This document shows positions 28,631 to 39,508 of a stretch of 64,000 bases of DNA, piece after piece. The position numbers and the translations under genes are program-made. Location: contig PLUL01000051.1 of NCBI GenBank assembly GCA_003164895.1, forward strand, positions 691 through 64,690, in the 5' to 3' direction. This DNA is from Bacteroidota bacterium. Lineage in GTDB: Bacteria; Bacteroidota; Bacteroidia; Palsa-948. The notes beneath the pieces are model-generated. The model made no database searches and was not told the origin of the DNA. It worked only from the letters and a program-made list of their open reading frames with translations. How positions within the stretch are numbered: the stretch's first letter is position 1; each line of letters opens with the position of its first letter.

Positions 28631-29272
28631 TTGACTGCATCAATAAACATAAAAGATTGTTCCGACACAGAACTCGTTCTGAAGTTTCAGCAATCGCGGG
28701 ATAATGCGATAATCGGTGAATTATTTCAGCGCTACACACATTTGGTGTTTGGCGTGTGCATGAAATATTTAAAAGATGAAGATGAAGCGAAAGACGGAGT
28801 GATGCAGATCTTCGAAAAGATTCTGACAGATTTACACAGACATACTATAGATAATTTTAAAGGCTGGCTTTACATGGTGGCGAAGAATCACTGCCTGATG
28901 TATTTCCGCAGTAAAAAAATTCATGTTGAACTTCCGGGAAATCTCACCAGAGATTTTGACGATACCCATTCGGATGAAGATTTTTCCTCATCGGGTGGAA
29001 GTGATGCAGTTGGGATCCCTGTGGAATTGACTTCTAATTTGCATCTTAATGGGAATGACAAAGAAAAACAACTTACTTTGATGGAATCTTCAATTAAAGA
29101 ATTGAATCCGGAGCAAAAGGTATGCATAGAACTCTTTTATTTGCAGGAGAAATCGTATGAAGAAGTAGCTAAGATGACGGGATATTCCATGAAAGAAGTG
29201 AAAAGTTATATTCAAAATGGAAAAAGAAATTTGAAAATTATTATGACCACTCAGCGTGAAAAAAGCAAATAA
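28631..29272 (+). CDS. ECF RNA polymerase sigma-70 factor
   Basis: LFQRY...VCMKYL...AKDGVMQIF (region 2), FKGWLYMVAKNHC, and L.PEQK.CIELFY...SYEEVA...VKSYIQNGKRNL (region 4). TTG start. Confidence 0.92.
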   Translation: MTASINIKDCSDTELVLKFQQSRDNAIIGELFQRYTHLVFGVCMKYLKDEDEAKDGVMQIFEKILTDLHRHTIDNFKGWLYMVAKNHCLMYFRSKKIHVELPGNLTRDFDDTHSDEDFSSSGGSDAVGIPVELTSNLHLNGNDKEKQLTLMESSIKELNPEQKVCIELFYLQEKSYEEVAKMTGYSMKEVKSYIQNGKRNLKIIMTTQREKSK

Positions 29273-30905
29273 CATATTTGAACATACAGATTGTATTTCA
29301 GAAGAAAAACTTTTGAAATATATTTCTAATACACTTTCTCCTGCCGAAAAACACGAGGTGGAAAAACATTTGATTGATTGCGAACTATGTTCAGATGCGG
29401 TGGAAGGTCTGCAAATGATTTCGGATAAGAAAAAAATTACCAGAATTACTGCAGAGTTAAATCAGAAAATTGAACAGCGGGTCGAAAAAAAAGAAGTTAA
29501 AGTAATTTTTCTTAAACAATACCGCACTCCTCTTGCTGTTGCTGCTTCTGTCATACTGATTGTCGGATTAGTTTGGTTTTTCCGAAGCAATATGAAAGAA
29601 ATGGATACGGTATCTTCTGAAAAAATATTTGCCGACAAGTTCGTTCCTCCTCCTGCCGAAAAACAGATGGAAGAAAAAGAAAAGGTTGCTGCCGGGAAAG
29701 AACAAACGGAAACAGATAATATTGCTGCTCCAGCTACAACCGTTGAACGCAACTTAGAGCATGAACCGTCTACAGGATTACTTTCTGACAAACAAGATGA
29801 AAAAACAAAAGTTACTTTGCAGGAGAAAAAAGGGAAAGACGTTTCATCAGGAGAAAGTTTTGGCTGGTCTACAACATCTTCTAACAATACTCAAGCTGCT
29901 CCATCTCAGAAATCACAGCAAATAGTTACAAAAGGAGAAAAAGCGGAAGAAGATTACCGTTACAATAAAACTGATGCGGCTGCAAAAGAAAATTCAAATT
30001 CCACTACAACTCCAGATGTATCTGCTAAGAATGCGAATATGAATTTTCGCAGTGAAGATATTGCGTTGAGCCGCAAAGAAGTTTCTAAAAATCAGAATGC
30101 ATTAATTCCTCAGAGCGATAAAGATAAAAAAGACGAAGCCAAAAAACCTGAATCCGCTCCATCAATTACAGCTACCGGCGCGACAGCAGGTGCGTATGAC
30201 CAGCCCGTTGACAAAAAAGTTACGCTTGCAAAACAAGAAAATAAAAAATCAACAGACGACCGAGAACGCGCACAAAAACAGGAAGGCGATGCGCTGGCTC
30301 TTAAAACAGAAAAATTGAGCGAAACAAAATCTGTTTCAGAAGAAAAATCAAAAATAAAAAATTTCAAAAAAGAAAAAGAAGCATCGCCTAAAAAAGTTTC
30401 GGAAGGATATTATGAAACACAGACTATTACTACTGCTGCTCCTGTTCCCCAATCACAAACTATAACTAAGCAATCGGAAATAAACGGAAAGATGCTTGAT
30501 TCTGTTTCTGTGTCATCAGCACTTACATCAAATGATGTTACTTCAAACCAAACAAATCCATCCGATGATGCAATGGCAAAATATGACAAACAGGATTATA
30601 CAGGAGCAATCACAGAGTTTGAGCAAACGCTGAAACAAAATCCGAATGATGAAAAATCTTTATTCTATTCGGCGGTTTCCTATTTAAGTTTAGGACAACC
30701 CGACAAAGCAATCACCAACTTCAATAAAGTTTTACAAAATAAAAACAGTAATTATTTTGATGATGCACAATGGTATCTTTCTCTCGCTTACATAAAAAAG
30801 AAAGATTCTCAAAACGCAAAAAGAAATTTAATTGAGATTCAAAATAATTCCAAAAGCAAATATCAGAAACAGGCGAATGAAACGTTGAAGGAGATGAATA
30901 AGTAA
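29256..30905 (+). CDS. Anti-sigma factor: zf-HC2 + TM + long charged linker + TPR
   Basis: HLIDCELC (HxxxCxxC), TM LAVAASVILIVGLVWFF, C-terminal TPRs (AQWYLSLAY). Overlaps the sigma gene by 17 nt. Confidence 0.85.
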   Translation: MKKANNIFEHTDCISEEKLLKYISNTLSPAEKHEVEKHLIDCELCSDAVEGLQMISDKKKITRITAELNQKIEQRVEKKEVKVIFLKQYRTPLAVAASVILIVGLVWFFRSNMKEMDTVSSEKIFADKFVPPPAEKQMEEKEKVAAGKEQTETDNIAAPATTVERNLEHEPSTGLLSDKQDEKTKVTLQEKKGKDVSSGESFGWSTTSSNNTQAAPSQKSQQIVTKGEKAEEDYRYNKTDAAAKENSNSTTTPDVSAKNANMNFRSEDIALSRKEVSKNQNALIPQSDKDKKDEAKKPESAPSITATGATAGAYDQPVDKKVTLAKQENKKSTDDRERAQKQEGDALALKTEKLSETKSVSEEKSKIKNFKKEKEASPKKVSEGYYETQTITTAAPVPQSQTITKQSEINGKMLDSVSVSSALTSNDVTSNQTNPSDDAMAKYDKQDYTGAITEFEQTLKQNPNDEKSLFYSAVSYLSLGQPDKAITNFNKVLQNKNSNYFDDAQWYLSLAYIKKKDSQNAKRNLIEIQNNSKSKYQKQANETLKEMNK

Positions 30906-31913
<1,008 letters not shown>

Positions 31914-31918
31914 GGGAA

Positions 31919-33394
31919 TTATTTTTGAAGCTCCCAAGTTGTGCCTTCTTTGGAATCTTTTATTGAAATTTTTGTTTTTGCAAGTCCGTCGCGAATCTTG
32001 TCAGAAGTAGAAAAATCTTTTTTTGCTTTCGCTTCGTTCCTTATTTCAAGAATTAGATTCATTAAATTATTGGCGAGTTCATCATTGTTTGATGCTGATT
32101 CTTCTTCTTTCAACCCTAGAACATCAAAAACAAAATCATGAAAAGTTTTTTTCAATAAATCCAAATCTTCTTTCGAAATGGTCTCTGTTCCTGCATGAGT
32201 TGAATTGATAATTTTTACTCCATCAAATAAATGAGCCAGCAAAATCGGGCTATTGAAATCATCGTTCATTGCCGAATAGCATTTTGCATGAAGCGGTTTA
32301 ATATCTGAGGAGGATTTTTCCGAAGTCTTTAATTTCTCCAATGTATTTACAGCATTCATCAATCGTTCAAATCCTTTTTCAGATGCCTGCAATGCTTCAT
32401 TGGAAAAATCCAGCGTGCTCCTGTAATGTGTTTGCAACATAAAAAAACGCACAGACATCGGAGAATATCCTTTCTCCAAAAGTTTATGGTTGCCCGTAAA
32501 AAGTTCCATCGGCAGAAAACCATTCCCCGCACTTTTTGACATCCTGACACCATTCACGGTAAGCATGTTGGTGTGCATCCAGTATTTCACCGGCTCGCAA
32601 TGATTGCATGCCTGCGACTGTGCAATCTCGTTTGTATGATGCGTTGCAATTAAATCCATCCCTCCTCCGTGAATATCGAAAGTAGTTCCCAGATATTTGG
32701 TACTCATAGCAGAACATTCAATGTGCCATCCTGGAAATCCACTGCCCCAAGGCGAGGGCCAGCGCATGATGTGTTCGGGTTTTGCTTTTATCCAAAGTGC
32801 AAAATCCAGTCTGCCTTTCTTTTCATCCTGACCGCCAAGTTCGCGCGTGCCTTCTAAAAGTTCTTCTAGTTTTCTGTTCGACAATAACCCGTAATTATTT
32901 TTTTGAGAATATTTTTCCACATCAAAATAAACGGTGCCGTTCGATTCATAAGCCAAACCTGATGCAATGATTTGTTTTGTCATTTCAATCTGCTCTAAAA
33001 TATGTCCGGTCGCAGTGGGTTCAATGCTTGGTGAAAGTGTATTGAACATTCGCATCACATCACGAAAGCCAAGAGTATATTTCTGCACGATCTCCATTGG
33101 TTCAACTTGTTCGAGTTTTGCTTTTTTGGCAAATTTATCTTCTCCTTCATCGCGGTCGCCTTCCAGATGTCCGGCATCGGTGATGTTGCGCACATAGCGA
33201 ACTTTATATCCCGCGTGAACAAGATAACGGTAAATCAAATCAAAAGAAATAAATGTGCGACAATTTCCAAGATGCACATCGCTGTAAACCGTTGGACCGC
33301 AAACATACATTCCAACAAAAGGAGGATTGATGGGAACAAACTTTTCCTTCTTGCGAGTGAGCGTGTTAAATATTTCTATTTGCTGCAGTGTCAT
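31919..33394 (-). CDS. cysS: Cysteine--tRNA ligase
   Basis: YVCGPTVY, HLGN, GFPGWHIECSAM, DIHGGG and MSKS motifs. Confidence 0.97.
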   Translation of the reverse strand: MTLQQIEIFNTLTRKKEKFVPINPPFVGMYVCGPTVYSDVHLGNCRTFISFDLIYRYLVHAGYKVRYVRNITDAGHLEGDRDEGEDKFAKKAKLEQVEPMEIVQKYTLGFRDVMRMFNTLSPSIEPTATGHILEQIEMTKQIIASGLAYESNGTVYFDVEKYSQKNNYGLLSNRKLEELLEGTRELGGQDEKKGRLDFALWIKAKPEHIMRWPSPWGSGFPGWHIECSAMSTKYLGTTFDIHGGGMDLIATHHTNEIAQSQACNHCEPVKYWMHTNMLTVNGVRMSKSAGNGFLPMELFTGNHKLLEKGYSPMSVRFFMLQTHYRSTLDFSNEALQASEKGFERLMNAVNTLEKLKTSEKSSSDIKPLHAKCYSAMNDDFNSPILLAHLFDGVKIINSTHAGTETISKEDLDLLKKTFHDFVFDVLGLKEEESASNNDELANNLMNLILEIRNEAKAKKDFSTSDKIRDGLAKTKISIKDSKEGTTWELQK

Positions 33395-33419
33395 AAATGA
33401 AAGCGAAAGTAGATAAAAA

Positions 33420-33453
33420 AATTAGTCCCGATAAAAACTTACCGGGACTAATT
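33420..33453 (-). terminator. Intrinsic terminator of the MORN-repeat gene
   Basis: 11-bp inverted repeat AATTAGTCCCG / CGGGACTAATT with a T-run on the minus strand. Confidence 0.75.
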
Positions 33454-33475
33454 CAAAAAATATATCTTAAAATTT

Positions 33476-34357
33476 TTATTTGTCTTTTTGCTCTATTGGA
33501 GCTTCGCCTACATATCTGCCATCTCTATAAACTGAAATCTTTTCAAGAATACCGTCCTTATTATATATATAATCTTTTCCATTAATGAGACGGTATTTAT
33601 GAAACTCTCCATCTTTGGAAAGTTGTTTGTTCATATTAAAGAGTTTTGCATACCCATCACCGTTAAAGGGTGGCTGTCCAACATTAACTGCCTCGGCTTT
33701 TGTATCAATCACTTTTGCAGGTTCAGTTGATACTGGTTCCTCTTTTTTCGGAGGGAGTGGTTGTTTATTGGCATAAATTTCTGTATTTGCCGGGTCTAAT
33801 GTTCCATCGTTGAATGCTTTTTTCGCACGCAAATCTCCGTTTTCATAATGTTCTTCCCAAACCCCTGCTTCTTTTCCATCGTGCATGGTGCCTTCCATCA
33901 TTTTCTGCCCGTTATCGTAAAAATATTGTTGATTCCCTTCGCGCTTTCCGCTATTATTGTATTTAAAATTATAAAAAGTCTGTCCATTTTCATAGTAGGA
34001 TTTGTAATCACCTACCCACCGATTATTTTCCCACATTCCTTCTTCCTGGAGTTTTCCATTGTCATAATACATTTTTGCGTATCCTTTGGGGCGGTTATCA
34101 GTATAGGTGATTTCGCTTTTAATATTTCCGTTTGGAAAATACATTTTCCAAACTCCAATTTTTTTGTTGTCGGCAAACTTGCCTTCTTCTACTTTGGCTT
34201 CAGCAGGGTAATTAGGAAGTTTTTTTATGTCATTTTTTACAATCCAGTAACCTTGTTTTAAACCCGTGTTTGGATCAATCTGGTTAAGCGTATCACTATT
34301 AGAAGATTGAGCGAGAGCTATTCGGCAGGTAAATATAAGAAGTAAAAATCCTTTCAT
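33476..34357 (-). CDS. Exported MORN-variant repeat protein (YwqK-like)
   Basis: Probable start ATG 34357 (signal ending ALA-Q). Repeats G.W..Y..NG.L..EG. Confidence 0.8.
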   Translation of the reverse strand: MKGFLLLIFTCRIALAQSSNSDTLNQIDPNTGLKQGYWIVKNDIKKLPNYPAEAKVEEGKFADNKKIGVWKMYFPNGNIKSEITYTDNRPKGYAKMYYDNGKLQEEGMWENNRWVGDYKSYYENGQTFYNFKYNNSGKREGNQQYFYDNGQKMMEGTMHDGKEAGVWEEHYENGDLRAKKAFNDGTLDPANTEIYANKQPLPPKKEEPVSTEPAKVIDTKAEAVNVGQPPFNGDGYAKLFNMNKQLSKDGEFHKYRLINGKDYIYNKDGILEKISVYRDGRYVGEAPIEQKDK

Positions 34358-34428
34358 AAATTTTCTTTTATTTCTTGGCATAAATATAGGCGGTTTTTTG
34401 CATTCAGACAATGACATAAACTTGGTTT

Positions 34429-34453
34429 TAGACGAATGATGGTTTTTAGACGA
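34429..34453. promoter_or_regulatory. Direct repeat TAGACGA with 18-bp period, possible operator
   Basis: GGTTTTAGACGA and GGTTTTTAGACGA in the intergenic region upstream of the MORN-repeat gene. Confidence 0.35.
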
Positions 34454-34512
34454 TGTTTCATGATATTTCATCGTTTAAATTATGGTTATTTTCATGTTAA
34501 ATGCTATATTTT

Positions 34513-35460
34513 TTACTTTTTTGACAATGTTAAATGCGCAAGCATATCTTTTACCATTTCACTTAATGTTACTTTATTTTTCCAATTCCAATCTCGATTT
34601 GCGAAAGAATCGTCAATACTTTTAGGCCATGAATTTGCAATACTTTGGCGAAAATCGGGTTTATATTCAATCTTGAATTTCGAAATATGTTTTTTTATTT
34701 CTTCCGCAATTTCTTTTGGAGAAAAACTCATTGCTGCAATATTATATGAAGATCGCACTTTAACATTCTTCGCATCAGTTTCCATCAATTCAATAGTGGC
34801 TCTTAACGCATCGGGCATGTACATCATAGGAAGAACTGTATCTTCTTTTAAAAAACATTGATAATTTTCTTTTTCAATCGCCTGATAAAAAATATCTACT
34901 GCATAATCTGTAGTTCCACCTCCAGGAGGCGAAGTATAACTAATTAAGCCAGGGTATCTCAAACTTCTTACATCCACTCCATGTTTCAAAAAATAATATT
35001 CGCACCATCTTTCGCCGGCAAGTTTACTGATTCCGTAAACTGTTGTCGGATCCATAACTGTAAACTGAGGAACATTTTCTTTTGGCGTGGATGGTCCGAA
35101 AACGGCAATGGAACTGGGCCAGTAAATTTTATTTATTTTTTTTTCTTTTGCCAGATCCAGCACATTGAACAAACTATTCATGTTAAGTTTCCAGGCAAAC
35201 TGCGGATTTTTTTCAGCAGTCGCTGAAAGAAGAGCCGCCAAAAGATAAACTTGGGATATTTTGTGCTTTGAAACTATTTCACCTAACCTCTTTTCGTCCA
35301 GCACATCAAGTTCTTCAAATGCTCCCGAAAAGTTTTTCGATTTTTTTAAATCAGAAGCAACCACACTGTTCTCGTTATAAATTTTCTGAAGCTGTGCCGT
35401 AAGTTCTGTTCCAATCTGACCGGAAGAACCAATGACGAGTATTTTTTCTGATGAAGACAT
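34513..35460 (-). CDS. NAD-dependent epimerase/dehydratase family, probable L-threonine 3-dehydrogenase (SDR type)
   Basis: ILVIGSSGQIG, LAALLSATAE, YGISK, RYPGLIS and PGGGTTDYAV motifs. Confidence 0.88.
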   Translation of the reverse strand: MSSSEKILVIGSSGQIGTELTAQLQKIYNENSVVASDLKKSKNFSGAFEELDVLDEKRLGEIVSKHKISQVYLLAALLSATAEKNPQFAWKLNMNSLFNVLDLAKEKKINKIYWPSSIAVFGPSTPKENVPQFTVMDPTTVYGISKLAGERWCEYYFLKHGVDVRSLRYPGLISYTSPPGGGTTDYAVDIFYQAIEKENYQCFLKEDTVLPMMYMPDALRATIELMETDAKNVKVRSSYNIAAMSFSPKEIAEEIKKHISKFKIEYKPDFRQSIANSWPKSIDDSFANRDWNWKNKVTLSEMVKDMLAHLTLSKK

Positions 35461-35541
35461 ATTTGTTTGGAACGCGAAAGTATAAAAATCTTAACTTTGA
35501 GTAGAACCAATCGTAGATAATAATTAGCATTCTCTTAGCCG

Positions 35542-36579
35542 ATGAAAGTTCAAAAATTTCCTTCCCGAAAAGAATTGCTGAATCGCCTTCACGAAGAACC
35601 GTTTAAAAGGATTACACTTTCATTTTATAGATATGTAATAATTGATGAGCCCGAAAATCTTCGCAATGAGCTATTTCGCAAATGGAGTGAATTAAATATT
35701 TTCGGCAGAATTTATCTTGCTCGTGAAGGAATCAATGCACAAATGAACATTCCTGAAACTAATTTTGAAAAATTTCAAACCCAATTGTATTCCGATAAAA
35801 GATTTAAAGATGTGCCCTTCAAAATCGCAGTTGAAGATAACGGCAAATCATTTTACAAACTCATCATCAAGACAAGAAATAAAATTGTTGCCGATGGATT
35901 GAAAGATGATTCATTTGACGTAACAAATGTGGGCAAACATTTATCTGCCAAAGAGTGGAATAAAGAAATGCAGAAAAAAAATACTATCGTGGTTGACATG
36001 CGGAACTTTTATGAAAGCGAAGTGGGAAAATTTGAAAATGCAATCTGTCCCGAAGCACATAGTTTTCGCCAGGAACTTCCCATGGTAAAAGAGATTCTGC
36101 AAGGAAAAGAAAACGAAAAAATATTATTGTATTGTACCGGAGGAATCCGCTGTGAGAAAGCAAGCGCATTCTTGAAACATCACGGATTTAAAGATGTGAA
36201 CCAATTGCATGGCGGTATCATTGAATATGCTCGGCAGGTGAAATTAAAAGGATTAGAATCAAAATTCAAAGGAAAAAATTTTGTATTTGACGAAAGAATG
36301 GGCGAACGCATTACTGATGAAGTCATCAGCAAATGCCATCAATGCGGAAACCTATGCGACTCGCATTACAATTGCGCCAACGATGGCTGCCATCTGCTTT
36401 TCATACAATGCGAAACATGTAAAGAAAAATATGAAGGTTGCTGTTCGGTTGAATGTCAGAAAATAATTCACCTTCCAATTGAAGAACAGAAAAAAATCCA
36501 AAGAGAAACTGCAAAAGATGTTCCTTCAAGTGTTTTTTCCAGCAGGAAAAGAGTGAAGTCTTCGTTCTTAAAGAGATAA
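35542..36579 (+). CDS. trhO: Rhodanese-related tRNA uridine(34) hydroxylase TrhO (YceA/UPF0176)
   Basis: [50 protein letters not shown] and a C-terminal Cys cluster. TAACTTTG box at 35492. Confidence 0.88.
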   Translation: MKVQKFPSRKELLNRLHEEPFKRITLSFYRYVIIDEPENLRNELFRKWSELNIFGRIYLAREGINAQMNIPETNFEKFQTQLYSDKRFKDVPFKIAVEDNGKSFYKLIIKTRNKIVADGLKDDSFDVTNVGKHLSAKEWNKEMQKKNTIVVDMRNFYESEVGKFENAICPEAHSFRQELPMVKEILQGKENEKILLYCTGGIRCEKASAFLKHHGFKDVNQLHGGIIEYARQVKLKGLESKFKGKNFVFDERMGERITDEVISKCHQCGNLCDSHYNCANDGCHLLFIQCETCKEKYEGCCSVECQKIIHLPIEEQKKIQRETAKDVPSSVFSSRKRVKSSFLKR

Positions 36580-36582
36580 AAC

Positions 36583-36594
36583 TGATTAATATCA
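36583..36594. promoter_or_regulatory. Crp/Fnr-like palindrome upstream of hemA
   Basis: TGAT-TAAT-ATCA matches the core of TTGAT-N4-ATCAA, about 80 nt before hemA. Confidence 0.4.
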
Positions 36595-36676
36595 TATCGG
36601 CTCAATCTCCTTTTGACAATTCCATGACAGTTTAACCTCATTCATTTTCGAGATTTGCATTGAAGGAAAAGAAAGT

Positions 36677-37906
36677 ATGAATCATTTCAAAATCATCGCG
36701 GTAACTCACAAACATTTCGATGTTAGCCATATCGGAAAATTTCACATTGAAGAAAGTCAATGGGGAAATCGCCTTTCCGATTTGAAATCAATGATGCAAA
36801 TTGATGAGCTGATGTTTCTCTCCACCTGCAACCGAATTGAATTTCTCCTTAACACTTCGCAGCAAATTGATAAAAGTTTTTTGAAAAATTTTATTCTTTC
36901 CATCTATCCACAAATTAAAAATGAAGATGCCGAAAGAACAGTTTCTTCTGCTGTGATTTTTGAAGGAGAAGAAGCGTTCAAACATCTTTTTCATGTTGCA
37001 TCTTCGCTCGATTCATTGGTGGTTGGCGAACGCGAAATCATTACACAGGTTCGCAATTCTTACGAGTTGTGCAAAAAATTAAATCTGACCGGAGATATGA
37101 TTCGCCTCGTGATTCAGAAAACGATTGAGTGTGCAAAAGAAATTTATACACACACAAATATTTCCCGAAATCCTGTTTCGGTGGTTTCGCTTGCCTACAG
37201 AAAGTTAAAAGATTTGAATGTAAAACTCGATGCAAAGTTTCTCATTATCGGTTCAGGTGTTACAAATACGAGCATGGCAAAATATCTGAAGAAACATGGC
37301 TTTACAAATTTTGTTGTCTTCAATCGCACTCTTTCAAATGCAGAACCTCTCGCAAATGAACTTAACGGAAAAGCGCTTCCTCTTTCCGATTTAAAAAATT
37401 ATAAAAATGGTTTTGATGTGATTGTTTCCTGCACCGGCTCCAGCGAATACATTATCACAAAAGAAATTTATTCTTCACTTGTTGGAAATGACAAGAGCAA
37501 AAAAGTAGTGATTGATTTGGCTGTGCCGAATGATTTAGACGAAGCTATATTGAAAAATTACGAAGTGAATTTGATTTCCGTAAATAATTTACAGGAGATA
37601 GCAAAGAAAAATTTATTGGAGCGCGAAAAGGAATTATCTGCCTGCGAAAAGATAATTGAAAAAAATATTGAAGAGTTCCGTCAGGAATTCAAAGAAAGAA
37701 AATTGGAACGCGCAATGAGCAATGTTCCGAAAAAAGTAAAAGAAATTCGCGAAATTGCTGTGAACGAAGTTTTCGCGAAAGACATTCAAAAGCTGGATGA
37801 GCAATCGAAAGAAACGCTCGACAAAGTAATTGCTTACCTCGAAAAGAAATATATCAGCGTACCTATGAAAATGGCGCGTGAGATACTGATTGAAGAAGGA
37901 GCATAA
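36677..37906 (+). CDS. hemA: Glutamyl-tRNA reductase
   Basis: LSTCNRIE catalytic Cys, VASSLDSLVVGEREI..Q, IDLAVP.D. Confidence 0.95.
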   Translation: MNHFKIIAVTHKHFDVSHIGKFHIEESQWGNRLSDLKSMMQIDELMFLSTCNRIEFLLNTSQQIDKSFLKNFILSIYPQIKNEDAERTVSSAVIFEGEEAFKHLFHVASSLDSLVVGEREIITQVRNSYELCKKLNLTGDMIRLVIQKTIECAKEIYTHTNISRNPVSVVSLAYRKLKDLNVKLDAKFLIIGSGVTNTSMAKYLKKHGFTNFVVFNRTLSNAEPLANELNGKALPLSDLKNYKNGFDVIVSCTGSSEYIITKEIYSSLVGNDKSKKVVIDLAVPNDLDEAILKNYEVNLISVNNLQEIAKKNLLEREKELSACEKIIEKNIEEFRQEFKERKLERAMSNVPKKVKEIREIAVNEVFAKDIQKLDEQSKETLDKVIAYLEKKYISVPMKMAREILIEEGA

Positions 37907-37921
37907 AATTCTTTCTTCCCC

Positions 37922-39502
37922 ATGACAAATCGAAAAATTATAATCGGAAGCCGCGGAAGCGACCTCGCACTCTGGCAGGCAAATTTTGTTTTGGCTGAAC
38001 TGAAAAAACTAAAGATAGATGCTGAACTGAAGATCATCAAAACACAAGGAGATCAAATTCAGAATTTAAGTTTTGATAAACTGGAAGGCAAAGGATTTTT
38101 CACAAAAGAAATTGAAGATGCTTTGCTGAAAAAAGATATTGACCTTGCCGTTCACTCGCATAAAGATTTGCCTACCGAATCTCCCGAAGGATTAATGATT
38201 GCCGCTGTTTCTGAGCGCGAAGACCCGAGCGAACTTTTGCTAATAAATAAAAATGCAGTTGATGAAAAACAAAAGTTTTCATTAAAACAAAATGCACTTG
38301 TCGGAACTTCATCAGCCAGAAGAAAATCACAACTTTTGGCTTGGAGAAATGATTTGAAAATTGAAGACCTGCGAGGAAATGTCCCTACACGAATTCAAAA
38401 ACTCAGAGATAAAAAATACGATGCCATATTAATTGCAAATGCCGGAGTTTCACGTCTGGAAATTGATTTGAGTGAATTTTATTGCGAGAAATTAGATGTG
38501 AAAGAATTTATTGCCGCGCCTGCACAAGGAGTTCTCGCTCTGCAAATTCGCGAAAGCGACAAAGAATTATTTGAAAAACTTCAACCTTTAAATCACAAGG
38601 AAGTTGCAGAAACGATTGGCGTGGAAAGAAAAATCCTGAATTTGTTTGATGGCGGCTGCCAGCTTCCGCTTGGGGTTTACTGCGAGAAAGATGAGAATCA
38701 AAATGGCGAAACTATTTTCAAAGTAAGAGTTGCAAAAGCGGAAAACGCGAACTCTTTTCCAAAATATTTTTATTTCGAATCGAAGAAAATTGATGGTCTT
38801 GCAGAAAAAATTGTTGAGAAAATAAAGAACATAAAAGGAAATTCTGTTTTTATTTCCCGTGATGAAAAGAAAAACGATTTCTTCAAAAGATGTCTGGAAG
38901 CAAACGGCTACAAAGTCTTTGCTCAATCGTTAATTGCGATAAAACAAATTCCCATCCGGAAATATAAAAAATGCGATTGGATTTTCTTCTCCAGCAAAAA
39001 TGCGGTGCAACATTTCTTTGAGCAAAAACCCGATGTGGAAGGAGTGAAATTTGGCGCGGTAGGAAAATCTACTGCGGAAGAAATTCGCAAGTTTGGCAAA
39101 CGCGCTGAGTTCATCGGCAATTCGGATGATACGCGCATGACCGGAAAAAAATTCTCCGCGCTGGTAGGAAATAAAACTGTTTTGTTCCCGCAGGCGAAAG
39201 AAAGTATGAAAACGATTCAGTTCCAGTTGCCGAGAAAAGAAAATGTGGTTGACCTCATTGTTTACGAAACATTAAAAATCAAGAACTGCCAACTGCCTAT
39301 TGCCGACTGCCAACTTCTTATTTTTACAAGCCCTTCAAATGTGGAAACCTTTTTCGAAAAAAACAAAATAAGCGCTGAGCAAAAAGTAATTGCAATGGGA
39401 GATGCCACGGCAAATGCAGTAAAAAAACACGGAGTGAAAGCAAACAAACAACCTGCATCGTTTGATGATTTAGGATTGGTGCAGGCGGTGATGTCTATAT
39501 AA
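37922..39502 (+). CDS. hemC: Hydroxymethylbilane synthase fused to uroporphyrinogen-III synthase (HemC-HemD)
   Basis: IGSRGSDLALWQA, KGFFTKEIE, AVHSHKD, GTSSARR, RGNV.TR, GGCQLPLG. The C-terminal ~220 aa carry HemD motifs WIFFSSKNAV, AVGKSTA, VYET, FTSPSNV, AMG.ATA. Confidence 0.92.
   Translation: MTNRKIIIGSRGSDLALWQANFVLAELKKLKIDAELKIIKTQGDQIQNLSFDKLEGKGFFTKEIEDALLKKDIDLAVHSHKDLPTESPEGLMIAAVSEREDPSELLLINKNAVDEKQKFSLKQNALVGTSSARRKSQLLAWRNDLKIEDLRGNVPTRIQKLRDKKYDAILIANAGVSRLEIDLSEFYCEKLDVKEFIAAPAQGVLALQIRESDKELFEKLQPLNHKEVAETIGVERKILNLFDGGCQLPLGVYCEKDENQNGETIFKVRVAKAENANSFPKYFYFESKKIDGLAEKIVEKIKNIKGNSVFISRDEKKNDFFKRCLEANGYKVFAQSLIAIKQIPIRKYKKCDWIFFSSKNAVQHFFEQKPDVEGVKFGAVGKSTAEEIRKFGKRAEFIGNSDDTRMTGKKFSALVGNKTVLFPQAKESMKTIQFQLPRKENVVDLIVYETLKIKNCQLPIADCQLLIFTSPSNVETFFEKNKISAEQKVIAMGDATANAVKKHGVKANKQPASFDDLGLVQAVMSI
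39284..39318 (+). repeat. Heptamer tandem array AACTGCC x5 (degenerate) in the HemD domain
   Basis: AACTGCC AACTGCC TATTGCC GACTGCC AACTTCT, encoding NCQLPIADCQLL between VYET and IFTSPS. Confidence 0.85.
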
Positions 39503-39508
39503 TGTACA

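Noticed and set aside
33476-34471. Toxin-antitoxin system suggested by the YwqK-like label
   Set aside because: The protein has a signal peptide, its own terminator and no adjacent toxin gene. It is a MORN-variant repeat protein.
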